A DNA stretch of 32,000 nt from Cenarchaeum sp. (GCA_965206845.1 OZ242221.1:136690-168689), one strand, 5' to 3'. Counted from the stretch's first letter, positions 17,251 through 25,770 are shown. Made by a program: numbers and translations. Notes: generated from the letters alone by a model not told the origin.

Positions 17251-17643
17251 ATGCCGGCAACAAACATTCTAGCAAATCTGTTCGTGACCCTGTACAACTC
17301 CGAGGCGCGAAGAAAGAACATGTGCCTGGTGCACCCCACATCCAAGCTGGGAGTCGAGGTGCTCAAGACCCTGCACCGCGGGGGCTACATCGGCGAGGTG
17401 GAGCATGTAGATGACAAAAGGGGCGGCAAGTTCAAAATATCCCTTCTAGCAAAGATAACCAAATGCGGCGCCATATCGCCACGCTTCAAGGTGGGAAAGG
17501 ACGAATACCCCTACTGGGAGCAGCAGTACCTGCCTTCGTATGATAGAGGCATGTTGCTTGTAACCACAAACAAGGGTGTCATGTCACACCACGACGCGAT
17601 CAACCACAAGATAGGAGGATTTCTGATAGGATATGTCTACTAA
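17251..17643 (+). CDS. rps8: 30S ribosomal protein S8 (uS8)
   Basis: The internal ATG at 17251 (MPATNILANLFVTLYNSEARRK...) is the uS8 N-terminus. The upstream part of the track ORF overlaps rps14. Confidence 0.92.
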   Translation: MPATNILANLFVTLYNSEARRKNMCLVHPTSKLGVEVLKTLHRGGYIGEVEHVDDKRGGKFKISLLAKITKCGAISPRFKVGKDEYPYWEQQYLPSYDRGMLLVTTNKGVMSHHDAINHKIGGFLIGYVY

Positions 17644-18181
17644 ACTAGAGAAGCTGGAGGTGCAGGTGGAGATTCCCGAGGGGGTCAGCGCCAGCATAAC
17701 CGGCCACATACTGACGGTAAAGGGCCCGTTGGGAAAGACCCACAGAAGCTTCCGCAAGATACCGGTGGGCTTGACTATAGACGGGGGAGCCATAACCGTC
17801 AAGGCCCTGGGAGGACGAAAGAGGGACTATGCCATAATGAACACGGCAAGATCCCTCGTTCGCAACATCTGCCAAGGGGTCGTATCCGGATACACCATAA
17901 AGATGAAGATAGTGTACGCACACTTTCCTGTCACTGTAAAGCCGCAAGACGACAAGGTCATGATCGAGAACTTTCAAGGTGAGCGCTCTCCCAGAGTGGC
18001 AAATATCGTAGGAAAGACAAAGGTCCAGGTGGTAGATGAGGACGTAGTCGTCACCGGACATGTACTGACAGACGTCACACAAACGGCTGCCAACATACAC
18101 CTGGGGACACGGATAAAGAAGAAGGATCACAGAGTATTTCTAGACGGCATCTACGTCTACGAGAAGACCACGGGGATATAA
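17633..18181 (+). CDS. rpl6: 50S ribosomal protein L6 (uL6)
   Basis: It has VEIPEGVSASITGHILTVKGPLGK...YAHFPVTV...ENFQGERSPR. 11-nt overlap with rps8. Confidence 0.92.
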   Translation: MSTKLEKLEVQVEIPEGVSASITGHILTVKGPLGKTHRSFRKIPVGLTIDGGAITVKALGGRKRDYAIMNTARSLVRNICQGVVSGYTIKMKIVYAHFPVTVKPQDDKVMIENFQGERSPRVANIVGKTKVQVVDEDVVVTGHVLTDVTQTAANIHLGTRIKKKDHRVFLDGIYVYEKTTGI

Positions 18182-18188
18182 AACCGGC

Positions 18189-18476
18189 GTGACGCTCGAC
18201 GGCGAATTCAAAAGGCAGACAACGAAGCTGATCGAGGATACGCTGCAGCTGTACAAGAAAGCCGGGGCATCACCCCGCGTAAGTGACATCTGGAATGTGG
18301 AGAAGATCGGCGACTTTCTGTGTGGGTTCTTTGTAGGCGAGATGGTCGGCTCGGCCCTGAGCGCATTTCAGGTGTTTCACGGACGCGAGCCCACCCCAGG
18401 GGAACATATGGAAATTGTGGAGATCGTAGAGGGATATTCCGGCGAGATCAGCGAGTTCTTTGCCAGGTTCAACTAA
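18189..18476 (+). CDS. Hypothetical protein (95 aa) occupying the slot after L6
   Basis: GTG-initiated ORF 7 nt after the rpl6 stop with protein-like composition (MTLDGEFKRQTTKLIEDTLQLYKK...). No family recognised. The start is uncertain. Confidence 0.4.
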   Translation: MTLDGEFKRQTTKLIEDTLQLYKKAGASPRVSDIWNVEKIGDFLCGFFVGEMVGSALSAFQVFHGREPTPGEHMEIVEIVEGYSGEISEFFARFN

Positions 18477-18560
18477 GGTAACCAAATCCCGTCTACCGTC
18501 ATGTCGGCACAAGCCCGCATGCCAGGCGCTCTAGCCAGAAGAACCAGGTTCGCGCAAGGA

Positions 18561-18566
18561 TTAAAT
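18561..18566 (+). promoter_or_regulatory. TATA-like box upstream of tRNA-Asn
   Basis: ttaaat lies about 28-33 nt upstream of tRNA position 1 (18594). Confidence 0.35.
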
Positions 18567-18593
18567 CGCATCTGCCTGCACTGCAATTCGGTT

Positions 18594-18667
18594 GCCGCCC
18601 TAGCTCAGCGTGGTAGAGCGTCGGACTGTTAATCCGTTGGTCGACAGTTCAAGTCTGTCGGGCGGCG
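18594..18667 (+). tRNA. tRNA-Asn (anticodon GUU)
   Basis: Hand-folded cloverleaf. Acceptor GCCGCCC/GGGCGGC is perfect, D arm is GCTC-AGCGTGGTA-GAGC, the anticodon loop CTGTTAA carries GTT, and the T arm is GACAG-TTCAAGT-CTGTC. The discriminator is G, no intron is present and CCA is not encoded. Confidence 0.9.
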
Positions 18668-18682
18668 CCTTTACCTTACTGA

Positions 18683-19047
18683 AGACTCTTGCTACGGCTG
18701 CGCGCGTATGAGAAAGTCCAAAGACATGCAGGAGAACGGCTGGTACCCGCACATGGCTGCGCGCATCAAACCAAGGCACGCGAGGATGTCGCAGGGACTG
18801 ACAGGTTCCCGGCCAACTCACAACCGGCACCGGTGGCAAAAGACCGGCCATGCACGGCCTGCTGTCCGGTAGCGCCACCAGGGTTATCCCTGCCGGCATA
18901 CGTGGTCTGCACGATCCCCGCCGGGAGAGGGCAAGATAGCTCCGGCCTGGTGGAAGGGAACGCGGCCGCGGCGCGCAGAAAACGGCTCAAAGCCCAGAAC
19001 GGACTGGTGATTTCATGCTTTGTTCAGTTATGTAGACATCAAGATCT
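18683..19047 (+). ncRNA. rnpB: Candidate RNase P RNA (ends approximate)
   Basis: No credible ORF. GAGAAAGTCC at 18710-18719 compares with the universal CR-I GAGGAAAGUCC. CAGAAAACGGCTCA at 18976-18989 compares with the CR-V ACAGAAnnnGGCUUA. The two are in the correct order about 265 nt apart. AGATAGC at 18934-18940 is CR-IV-like. A possible closing helix pairs 18683-18695 with 19032-19047. Confidence 0.55.
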
Positions 19048-19074
19048 AAATACAAGATACCGTCATATCCCGGT

Positions 19075-19314
19075 ATGTCAAGAGTAAGGCGGGTAAACCG
19101 ATACTGCATAGACTGCGGGGCGCGTCTGGTGTACTATCCCCGGCTGTCAAACCCCAAGGCTCCAAACGAGCATCGCGTTCTGGTATATGCATGCCCGGAC
19201 TGCACCGCCGATTTTGAAAAGCCCAAGATCTTCTCAATACGCCGCAACCAGGTGGAGGATCCGCTAGAGACAGTAGAGGTCGGGATTACGCAGACGCCGC
19301 GCTCAAAATCCTAG
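19075..19314 (+). CDS. Small zinc-ribbon protein (79 aa)
   Basis: It has CIDC...24 aa...CPDC. TATA-like ctaaatac lies about 27 nt upstream of the ATG. Confidence 0.55.
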   Translation: MSRVRRVNRYCIDCGARLVYYPRLSNPKAPNEHRVLVYACPDCTADFEKPKIFSIRRNQVEDPLETVEVGITQTPRSKS

Positions 19315-19476
19315 CATCCGCGGTCACGCGCCTGATGCCATGGATGCGCCAGAGGCAGGTACGCAACCCAGATCCGCGCCAGCCGATGTCATCCACCGCA
19401 AACAGCCAAGGCCACAGGCAGTAGTGGCAAGAGCCAGTGTGCGCCCGGCGGCCGTTTGAAGGCGTCTGATAGAATG

Positions 19477-19485
19477 ATATTATAT
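19477..19485 (+). promoter_or_regulatory. TATA box of the his operon
   Basis: atattatat is centred about 27 nt upstream of the ATG at 19508. It overlaps the alternative upstream ATG at 19484, which argues against that start. Confidence 0.45.
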
Positions 19486-19507
19486 GGCTGCTGCCCGGAT
19501 ACAGTAC

Positions 19508-20482
19508 ATGGTAGTAAAGTTTGCCATTCCAAAGGGAAGCCTTGAGGAGGCCACGTTCAAGCTGCTTGAGAATGCGTGGACCAGGGTCAGCCGCAAGAGC
19601 AGGACGTACCGCGTTTTCCTTGACGATCCCGATATAATGGTAAAGATGCTCAGGCCCCAGGAGATACCCACCCTGGTTGCCGAAGGCCTGTACGATGTAG
19701 GCATCACCGGAAAGGACTGGGTAGGCGAGACCAAGGCCGATGTAAAACCGATGCTGGATCTCGAGTACGGCAAGATACGGCTGGTGGTGGCATTTCCCGA
19801 CCACTATACCTACGACAGCCTCGATGCCATGATCGCAGACTATGCAGAGAGCGGAAGGATTTTGAGGATCTCATCAGAGTATCTCACCACCGCCGCCCGA
19901 TACATCAAGGAATGTCCATCGTATGTGAAACACTTTGGGGGCAATGATCCTGCAATTGTGACACCGTGGCTCCGGTTGGGAACCAACGAAAGAGTCCAGA
20001 TTCATCTCTCCTTTGGCGCAACCGAGGCCAAGCCGCCGGAGGACGTGGATGCCATAATAGACGTTACAGAGACCGGAACGACCTTGGCGCAGAATGGCCT
20101 CAGGATATCTGAACAGGTACTCGAGTCCAGCGCGCACCTCATAGCAAACAACAAGTCCCTGGCCGATGCCTCCAAACGGGAGAAGATATTTGACATAGTC
20201 ACCATGCTGCGGGGAGCTGTGCACGGGAGAAAGTACCTGCACATATACCTCAACGTGGAGGCCAAGAACTTGGATCTGCTCCTAAAGCAGATACCGTCAC
20301 TCAAAAAACCGACCATATCTCCCCTGGTGGAGGACGGATGGTACGGCGTCAACACGGTCATCAAAAAGTCAGAGTACCATGGACTGATCCCCAAGCTTCG
20401 CAGGATAGCGCAGGGCCTGGTAGTCCACGAACCGCGCCAGATTCTTGAGCTGGAAGAGATAAAGCGTGACGAGGAGAATTGA
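19508..20482 (+). CDS. hisG: ATP phosphoribosyltransferase, long form with C-terminal regulatory domain
   Basis: It has MVVKFAIPKGSLEEAT...PQEIPTLVAEGLYDVGITGKDW...TGTTLAQNGL plus a HisG_C-like tail (LNVEAKNLDLL...PTISPL...W.GVNTVI). The start could instead be 19484. Confidence 0.9.
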   Translation: MVVKFAIPKGSLEEATFKLLENAWTRVSRKSRTYRVFLDDPDIMVKMLRPQEIPTLVAEGLYDVGITGKDWVGETKADVKPMLDLEYGKIRLVVAFPDHYTYDSLDAMIADYAESGRILRISSEYLTTAARYIKECPSYVKHFGGNDPAIVTPWLRLGTNERVQIHLSFGATEAKPPEDVDAIIDVTETGTTLAQNGLRISEQVLESSAHLIANNKSLADASKREKIFDIVTMLRGAVHGRKYLHIYLNVEAKNLDLLLKQIPSLKKPTISPLVEDGWYGVNTVIKKSEYHGLIPKLRRIAQGLVVHEPRQILELEEIKRDEEN

Positions 20483-21738
20483 TTAGGATCGTTGCCGTCA
20501 GCGATGTAGAGGACTTTGCCGCAAGCGCCAGGCCAAAACCTGCGCAGACTGCCGCAGTAGATGGCATCATAAGCGATGTGAGGGAGAATGGCGATGCGGC
20601 GCTCAGGAGGTACGAGGAACAGTTTGGAGGCAGCGCCGGCCCCCTGAGGGTTCCAGAGAGGGAGATCAAAAAGGCCCGGGACGGCCTGTCGTCCGGGCAG
20701 GTTGATGCCATAAACCTGGCAAGAAGCAGGCTTGCCGATGTCGAGACACGCCTCAGAGAGAGTCTGCAGGACATTGCCGCTGGGTTTCGAGGCGTCAGGA
20801 TATCCAGGAGGTTTGAGCCGATAGGGAGCGCAGGCTGCTACGTCCCAGGCGGTCTTGCCCGGTACCCCAGCTCGGCCGTCATGTCTGTCACCACGGCAAA
20901 GGTGGCAGGCGTGGACAGGGTTGTGGTGATAACGCCCTCCAGGATGGGGGAGGTGGATCCTGTGACCCTGGCATCGGCTGACATCTGCGGAGCCGACGAG
21001 GTGTACGGAGTGGGCGGGGCTCACGGCATCGCCGCTCTGGCGTATGGAACCGAGACCATCAGGCCCGTTGGCAAGATAGTGGGTCCCGGGGGGGCCTTTG
21101 TGACTGCAGCCAAGGCTGCCGTGAGCCAGGACGTATCAGTGGATATGCTGGCAGGGCCCACGGAGCTGGCAGTCATTGCAGACAGCACAACCAACCCGGA
21201 ATATGTGGCATCTGACATAATGGCGCAGGCCGAACACAGCAGGGACACATTCTGCTACGTGATCACCACGTCGATGAGCCTAGCAGTGGAGGTGCAGAGG
21301 GCAGTGCGGCAAAAGATCAAGACCGCCCAGCGCAGGGACATCATACAGGCAAGCCTTGCAGGCAACGGGTTCATCGCGGTGTGCCAAGAGATGAGTGATG
21401 CGGCAAGGCTGGCAGATATACTGGCACCAGAGCACCTACAGATAATGACCGAGTCTCCCGGGGATGTGGCAAAGGGGATCAAGAGCGCCGGGCTTGTCCT
21501 GCTAGGTTCGGACACCCCGTCCACCGCATCAGACTACCTTCTAGGCACGAATCACATACTCCCGACGGGCGGGCAGGGGCGGGTCAGGGGCTCGCTCTCG
21601 GTACTGGACTTTATGAAGCTGGGCACCACGGTCGCATCAGATGCCGATGCGCTGGCAGAGATCTCCGGACACATGATGGAGCTTGCCATGTCCGAGGGCC
21701 TGCCAAACCACTACGAATCGGTGAGGTGCAGGACATGA
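20479..21738 (+). CDS. hisD: Histidinol dehydrogenase
   Basis: It has YVPGGLARYPSSAVM, AGPTELAVIAD, AQAEHS and APEHLQI. A TTG start overlaps the hisG stop. Confidence 0.92.
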   Translation: MIRIVAVSDVEDFAASARPKPAQTAAVDGIISDVRENGDAALRRYEEQFGGSAGPLRVPEREIKKARDGLSSGQVDAINLARSRLADVETRLRESLQDIAAGFRGVRISRRFEPIGSAGCYVPGGLARYPSSAVMSVTTAKVAGVDRVVVITPSRMGEVDPVTLASADICGADEVYGVGGAHGIAALAYGTETIRPVGKIVGPGGAFVTAAKAAVSQDVSVDMLAGPTELAVIADSTTNPEYVASDIMAQAEHSRDTFCYVITTSMSLAVEVQRAVRQKIKTAQRRDIIQASLAGNGFIAVCQEMSDAARLADILAPEHLQIMTESPGDVAKGIKSAGLVLLGSDTPSTASDYLLGTNHILPTGGQGRVRGSLSVLDFMKLGTTVASDADALAEISGHMMELAMSEGLPNHYESVRCRT

Positions 21739-22799
21739 GGGAGTGGCTGCAAAAGAGGCTAGATGCGCTGAGCAGGCAGCAAGGGTACGTCAAGCCCGAG
21801 ATGGGCAGGGATGCCGTAAAGATGGACTCCAACGAGAACTTTGTGGTTCCCAAGAGCATGCAGCAAGAGATGCTCCGGGCCTCGAGGGAGACAGACATCA
21901 GGGAGTACCCGCTGGGGGGAGCCGAGAGACTGGCGTCTGCCATCGCCGGGCACCTGGGGGTTCCGCCGCCGTGCGTAGGCGTGGGCAACGGCTCGGACCA
22001 GATACTGGATCTCATACTGACAAACTTTGCAACAAGGAAGACCCGGGTGCTGGCTCCGGATCCCACGTTTACGTTCTTTGAGCAAAGGTGCCGGCTGTAC
22101 TCTGTCCCCATGGCAAGGGTACCCTTTACAGACGAGATGACCCTGGATGCAGACGCGTTTGTGGAGGCATCAAAGGATGCGGACATCATATACATCGACT
22201 CGCCCAACAACCCCACGGGGTTTCAGTTCCCCAAGAAGGACATGCTCAGGATAATCAGGGGCTTTGACGGCATGGTAATCGTGGACGAGGCCTATGGCGA
22301 CTTTGCCGAGTACAGCCTTGCCCGCACGGCAGCAAGGCGCAGCGGCCTCATAGTGGTGAGGACGTTCTCAAAGTCCCACGGGCTTGCCGGCCTGCGCCTT
22401 GGATACTTTGTCGCTACAAGGAGCTTTGCCCGGGTGTTCAATGACGTGGTCCAGTACCCGTACCCGGTGAACTCCCTTGCCGTAGAAGCAGGCATGCGCG
22501 CGCTCTCCAAGTCAAAGCAGATGCAGGGGGTTGCAGACACGGTAAGGGCCGAGAGGCGGCGCATCATAGACAACCTGCGGCAGTATGACACCTTTGAGGT
22601 GTTTGACTCCGGGGGAAACTTTGTCCTGTTTGACGCCGGGGGCGCCGACAAGCGCGTGTACACAGCCCTTGCAGAACAGGGCGTGTCAGTAAGAAAGCTC
22701 GGCAAGATCGGCAGGCACGAGGGATGCCTGCGGGTGACGGTGGGCACAAGGGAGATGAACTCCAAGTTTCTGCTGGCCGTTCGGGACCTGCTGGGATGA
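21735..22799 (+). CDS. hisC: Histidinol-phosphate aminotransferase
   Basis: ATGA overlap with the hisD stop. It has YIDSPNNPTG, VIVDEAYGDF and the PLP-Lys motif RTFSKSHGLAGLRLGY. Confidence 0.9.
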   Translation: MREWLQKRLDALSRQQGYVKPEMGRDAVKMDSNENFVVPKSMQQEMLRASRETDIREYPLGGAERLASAIAGHLGVPPPCVGVGNGSDQILDLILTNFATRKTRVLAPDPTFTFFEQRCRLYSVPMARVPFTDEMTLDADAFVEASKDADIIYIDSPNNPTGFQFPKKDMLRIIRGFDGMVIVDEAYGDFAEYSLARTAARRSGLIVVRTFSKSHGLAGLRLGYFVATRSFARVFNDVVQYPYPVNSLAVEAGMRALSKSKQMQGVADTVRAERRRIIDNLRQYDTFEVFDSGGNFVLFDAGGADKRVYTALAEQGVSVRKLGKIGRHEGCLRVTVGTREMNSKFLLAVRDLLG

Positions 22800-23710
22800 T
22801 TGCAGCAGACGCGGTAATCTTTGACTGCGACGGCGTGCTGGTTGACGTGAGCAGCTCCTATGACGCGGCCATCGGAATGACTGCCGACTGCGCCCTGGAG
22901 AGGTTTGCAGGCATAACGTCAGTTCCGGTGGGCGCAGACATGATCGAGGGATTCAAGGGCACCGGTGGCTTTAACGACGAGATAGACCTGACATATGCCG
23001 CGGTCCTGTCCCTGGCGGCCGCTGACCGGCTGGGAGAAGATCCACGCAGGCTTGTTGCCGACGTGGTATCAAACGCCGACGAGTCCGGCATCGCATCAGT
23101 CGAGAGGTACCTGGAGTCGCGGGTCGACCTTGCGGACCTGCGGCGGAGCATGGAGTACCCCGGCACCGGCCGCAGCAGCTCCCTGCACACGATGTTTGAT
23201 CAGATCTTCTACGGCTCCGATATGTACAGGAAGATCTTCCTGCGGGAGCCGGAGATCGAGGGGCCGGGCTTCATAGAGGCGGACAGGCTCATCGTGTCCC
23301 AGAAGCTGCTAGACGCGCTATCGGCCCGGACAGGCGGCAAGATGGCCATTGTCACCGGCCGCGGCCTTGACGCAGTGCGGCACCCCTTGGGCGGCATGCT
23401 GGACTCGTTTGTGCTGGACGCCTGCATGTTCCTAGAGGACGGGCCGCGGAGCATGGCAAAGCCCAACCCCGAGTCGCTTGTGCACGCCGCATCGAAGCTG
23501 TCGGCATGTAGCGCGCTGTACGTGGGGGACTCGATGGAGGATATCATCATGGCAAAGGGGGCCTCGCAGATGGGCCACAAGGTCGCGTTCTGCGGGATCA
23601 CCGGAACCGCAAGGAGGCCGGAGGAGCGGCATGCGATGTTTGAGCGCGCCGGGGCAGACATCATACTGAACTCGATACATGACATGCCTAGCTCCGTCCA
23701 GCTCGGGTGA
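22796..23710 (+). CDS. HAD-superfamily (subfamily IA-like) phosphatase embedded in the his operon; candidate histidinol-phosphatase
   Basis: ATGA overlap with the hisC stop. HAD motif I is FDCDGVLVD, motif II IVTGRG, motif III MAKPNP and motif IV YVGDSMEDI. A large cap insertion of about 150 aa separates motifs I and II. Confidence 0.8.
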   Translation: MIAADAVIFDCDGVLVDVSSSYDAAIGMTADCALERFAGITSVPVGADMIEGFKGTGGFNDEIDLTYAAVLSLAAADRLGEDPRRLVADVVSNADESGIASVERYLESRVDLADLRRSMEYPGTGRSSSLHTMFDQIFYGSDMYRKIFLREPEIEGPGFIEADRLIVSQKLLDALSARTGGKMAIVTGRGLDAVRHPLGGMLDSFVLDACMFLEDGPRSMAKPNPESLVHAASKLSACSALYVGDSMEDIIMAKGASQMGHKVAFCGITGTARRPEERHAMFERAGADIILNSIHDMPSSVQLG

Positions 23711-23738
23711 CCTATGTAGGACAGGACATGCAGTAGGC

Positions 23739-23829
23739 TAGTCTGTTGCACGACATCCCCAAGCGTTCCTAGGCAATTGTCGAAAGGGAAACATCTCATG
23801 CCCGTAGCGCGAAGTCGTGCAACAGACTA
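23739..23829. repeat. 91-nt element with perfect 16-bp inverted termini (long hairpin or MITE-like)
   Basis: tagtctgttgcacgac (23739-23754) is the exact reverse complement of gtcgtgcaacagacta (23814-23829), with a 59-nt spacer. It sits in the only sizeable gap (163 bp) of the his operon. Confidence 0.8.
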
Positions 23830-23873
23830 CCAGAATGCCAAATCTTGAATAGAGGTAGGTTGCACCCCAGAAT

Positions 23874-24461
23874 ATGAATGAGAGAAGATCGGCGGTGCGG
23901 CGCACCACAAAGGAGACGGACATTACCATATCCGTTAGTATTGACGGTACCGGCAGGTGCGCAATCAGCACGGGCATCAACTTTCTTGATCACATGATGA
24001 CAGCCTTGGCAAAGCACTCGATGATCGACCTGGACGTGGACGCAAAGTCACTTGACGGGATCAAGCACCACCTAGTGGAGGATACGGGCATCACCGCCGG
24101 CCAGGCAGTAGACAAGGCCTTGGGCGACCGCCGCGGGATCACCCGGTTTGGCCACGCGTCGGTTCCCATGGACGAGTCACTAGCAGGGGCTACCGTGGAC
24201 ATGGTTCGGCGGCCGTACTTTAAGCTGTCACTGGGACTGAGCGGGAGCCCGGTGGAGGACATTACTGGAGAGGATCTTGCGCACTTTTTCCAGTCGCTGC
24301 TCTCCAACCTGAACTGCTGCACGCACCTTGCCGTAAAGTACGGCGAGAACGACCACCACATGGCAGAAGCGGCCATCAAGTCACTTGCAGTGGCGCTCAG
24401 GATGGCAGTATCCCACGATCCAGCGCAGAGTGGAGTCCCCAGTACCAAGGGGGCCATGTGA
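23874..24461 (+). CDS. hisB: Imidazoleglycerol-phosphate dehydratase (monofunctional)
   Basis: It has [13 protein letters not shown]..., [17 protein letters not shown] and [14 protein letters not shown]. There is no fused phosphatase domain. Confidence 0.92.
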   Translation: MNERRSAVRRTTKETDITISVSIDGTGRCAISTGINFLDHMMTALAKHSMIDLDVDAKSLDGIKHHLVEDTGITAGQAVDKALGDRRGITRFGHASVPMDESLAGATVDMVRRPYFKLSLGLSGSPVEDITGEDLAHFFQSLLSNLNCCTHLAVKYGENDHHMAEAAIKSLAVALRMAVSHDPAQSGVPSTKGAM

Positions 24462-25069
24462 TGGTCCGGGTCGCCATACTGGATTATGGCGCAGGAAACA
24501 TCTTCAGCCTAAAGAACACGCTTGAGAGATGCGGCGCAGAGGTTGACGTGGTAACAGACATGGCAGGCGCAGAGCCCTGCTCCGGCATACTGCTTCCCGG
24601 GGTAGGAAACTTTGATCCCGCCGTCAGGAGCATCCGCAAAGGCCTGCAAGGTGGCCGTGTGGGACTTGCAGAGGGCTCGGTTCCCGTGCTTGGAATATGC
24701 TTGGGAATGGAGGCGTTCTTTGAGAGGAGTGAGGAGGGCACCGAGGCTGGCCTGGGCGCAATCGGCGGCGAGGTGATAATGCTGCCAGATACCATGAAGG
24801 TGCCGCACATGGGATGGAACGACCTCAGGATAAGGAAGCCCGTCAGGCTTCTTGAGGGGGTGGATGACGGCTCGTGGGTCTACTTTGTGCACTCATACAT
24901 GGCAAAGCCCGCATCAGAAGACGTGGTGGCAGCCGACTCGGACTATGGCGTACGGATTCCCGCGGTGGTCCAGAAGGGCAACCTCACCGGCACGCAGTTC
25001 CACCCGGAAAAGTCCGGCGCCGTTGGAAGGGTTATGATCAGAAACTTTCTTGAGGAGTGCAAGAAGTGA
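24461..25069 (+). CDS. hisH: Imidazole glycerol phosphate synthase, glutamine amidotransferase subunit
   Basis: The ATG overlaps the last base of the hisB TGA. It has ILDYGAGN, the catalytic GICLGM, HMGWN and the triad end QFHPEKSG. Confidence 0.92.
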   Translation: MVRVAILDYGAGNIFSLKNTLERCGAEVDVVTDMAGAEPCSGILLPGVGNFDPAVRSIRKGLQGGRVGLAEGSVPVLGICLGMEAFFERSEEGTEAGLGAIGGEVIMLPDTMKVPHMGWNDLRIRKPVRLLEGVDDGSWVYFVHSYMAKPASEDVVAADSDYGVRIPAVVQKGNLTGTQFHPEKSGAVGRVMIRNFLEECKK

Positions 25070-25770
25070 AGATAATTCCGGCCGTAGACATAATGGGCGG
25101 CCAGGTGGTTCGGCTCAAAAAGGGCGACCCGACCCAGAAGACCGTATACGGAAGCGATCCCATGGGCACAGCAAAAAAATGGCAGGAGGCCGGAGCCGAC
25201 ATGCTGCATGTGGTGGATCTGGATGCCACCCTGGGCCTGGGCTCAAACATAGATGTTGTGAGGGATATCGCGTCGCAGGCAGGCATCCCGGTACAGGCCG
25301 CAGGCGGCCTCAGGGACGAGGAGACAGCGATCCGGATGGCGGCATCTGCATCCCGGGTGGTTCTGGGAACGCTGGCATTCCGGGACAGGCGGGCCCTGGG
25401 CAGGCTGCTTGAGGAGCTTGGGCCTGAAAGAGTTGTGGTATCAGTGGATCACATAGGCGGATACATCGCCGTGAAGGGCTGGCAGGAGAAGACCACGATT
25501 CTGCTGCATGATGCCATGCGGGATCTTACCGGAATGGGCATCACAGAGTTTCTACTGACCGATGTGGGAAGGGACGGCATGCTAAAAGGCCCCGACATGA
25601 AGTCGCTTGAGGCGGCATGCAGGTTTGATGCAAATATAATTGCCAGCGGCGGCATATCGGGAATTGACGATGTCAAGCAGGTTGGCAGGCTCGGGCCCTA
25701 TGGCGTGATACTGGGCAAGGCGCTGTACGACGGCAGGATCACCGTGGAGGAGGCAATAGCCGCATGCTGA
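25066..25770 (+). CDS. hisA: ProFAR isomerase
   Basis: GTGA overlap with the hisH stop gives (M)KIIPAVDIMGGQVVRLKKGD. It also has HVVDLDA and SGGISGIDD. The track start at 25057 is also possible. Confidence 0.9.
   Translation: MKIIPAVDIMGGQVVRLKKGDPTQKTVYGSDPMGTAKKWQEAGADMLHVVDLDATLGLGSNIDVVRDIASQAGIPVQAAGGLRDEETAIRMAASASRVVLGTLAFRDRRALGRLLEELGPERVVVSVDHIGGYIAVKGWQEKTTILLHDAMRDLTGMGITEFLLTDVGRDGMLKGPDMKSLEAACRFDANIIASGGISGIDDVKQVGRLGPYGVILGKALYDGRITVEEAIAAC

Noticed and set aside
18940-18975. SRP (7S) RNA helix-8-like string ccggcctggtggaagggaacgcgg
   Set aside because: It superficially resembles AGGCCCGGAAGGGAGCA, but the bases flanking the GGAA cannot pair into the required stem closing a GNAR tetraloop. 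No Alu-domain features are present. The flanking CR-I and CR-V motifs fit RNase P RNA instead.
18600-19087. ORFs 18689-19087(+), 18600-18899(-) and 18766-18990(-)
   Set aside because: The Arg/Pro/Ala-rich translations are not protein-like. One overlaps the tRNA. The region is better explained by the RNase P RNA motifs.
20002-21024. 340-aa minus-strand ORF across the hisG/hisD junction, and similar antisense ORFs through the his operon
   Set aside because: They are antisense to genes with unmistakable His-pathway motifs, and their translations are compositionally aberrant.
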